This document shows, one piece after another, positions 63,695-64,000 of a stretch of 64,000 nt of DNA (the stretch's first letter is position 1; every line of letters begins with the position of its first letter). The notes under the pieces were generated by a model. It ran no database searches and was not told the DNA's origin. It saw nothing but the letters and a program-made list of their open reading frames with translations. A program made the translations under genes and the position numbers. The DNA is taken from the IMG/VR virus record IMGVR_UViG_3300006752_000009. The stretch is one strand, 5' to 3'. Origin of the DNA: a virus. Its lineage: Duplodnaviria > Caudoviricetes.

Positions 63695-63767
63695 GGGTTG
63701 TTAGCTCAATTGGTAGAGCAACGGACTTTTAATCCGCAGGTTCTGGGTTCGAGTCCCAGACGACCCA
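63695..63767 (+). tRNA. tRNA-Lys(TTT)
   Basis: GGGTTGT/ACGACCC; CGGA-CTTTTAA-TCCG; CTGGG-TTCGAGT-CCCAG; class C motif at 63674-63683 just upstream. Confidence 0.92.
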
Positions 63768-63783
63768 TCTGTTAAATGCTTAT

Positions 63784-64000
63784 ATGATTGGAGATGCAGT
63801 GCAGGAGATCAAGAAATACTCTTTTGAACAAGAGATACATGGAACGACCGTTCGTGTCGAACTACCCGACTACAAGATTAGAGAAATCAGCGAGTCCGAG
63901 GGGAAGAACTTTGATCAGTTCTTAAAAGACACGAACGCTAAAATTGTCGGAACTATCTATCCCGATACTTTCCCAAAAGGAGCAGAACCTTTTACGACTC
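63784..64000 (+). CDS. hypothetical protein, truncated by the window end
   Basis: Open frame MIGDAVQEIKKYSFEQEIHG... runs off the window. Confidence 0.45.
   Translation, partial: MIGDAVQEIKKYSFEQEIHGTTVRVELPDYKIREISESEGKNFDQFLKDTNAKIVGTIYPDTFPKGAEPFTT

Noticed and set aside
1-64000. Stop-codon reassignment (alternative genetic code) as in some jumbo phages
   Set aside because: Known enzymes (PurB, ThyX, PyrD, ligase) and 7-kb genes are intact under the standard code; TAA, TAG and TGA all terminate genes; no credible suppressor tRNA.

Overview
A 64-kb segment of a large tailed-phage genome, most likely a contractile-tailed (myovirus-type) jumbo phage of a bacterium: standard genetic code, Shine-Dalgarno RBSs, bacterial-type tRNA-Tyr. 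It encodes virion proteins (two tandem ~2,300-aa tail fibres, one with an Mtd_N-like N-terminus; a ~1,050-aa Ser/Gly/Thr repeat fibre; a 1,616-aa tail sheath; neck/tail-completion-like proteins). It also encodes nucleotide-metabolism genes (purB, thyX, pyrD, fused pyrF-pyrE, a CodA-like deaminase, DUF3310), DNA enzymes (gp32-like SSB, ATP-dependent ligase, a Type IIG-like R-M fusion, a repeat-rich Vsr-like endonuclease), unusual fusions (CapA-CHAP, Ntn-hydrolase-GGCT, MTase-tandem HTH) and a tRNA/ncRNA island at 59.4-63.8 kb. The most unusual signals are: (1) five otherwise dissimilar proteins sharing one promoter+RBS+N-terminal leader cassette (MRRSASE.I..LE.R.A.LE), a candidate capsid-targeting/processing module; (2) a graded series of tRNA-like RNAs with shortened or missing anticodon arms, interleaved with real tRNAs and repeated spacer hairpins; (3) a ~400-nt pseudoknotted structured RNA between two tRNA genes; (4) three recurring promoter-like motif classes that often overlap the upstream stop codon. 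Family assignments come from motif recognition by eye, not database searches.
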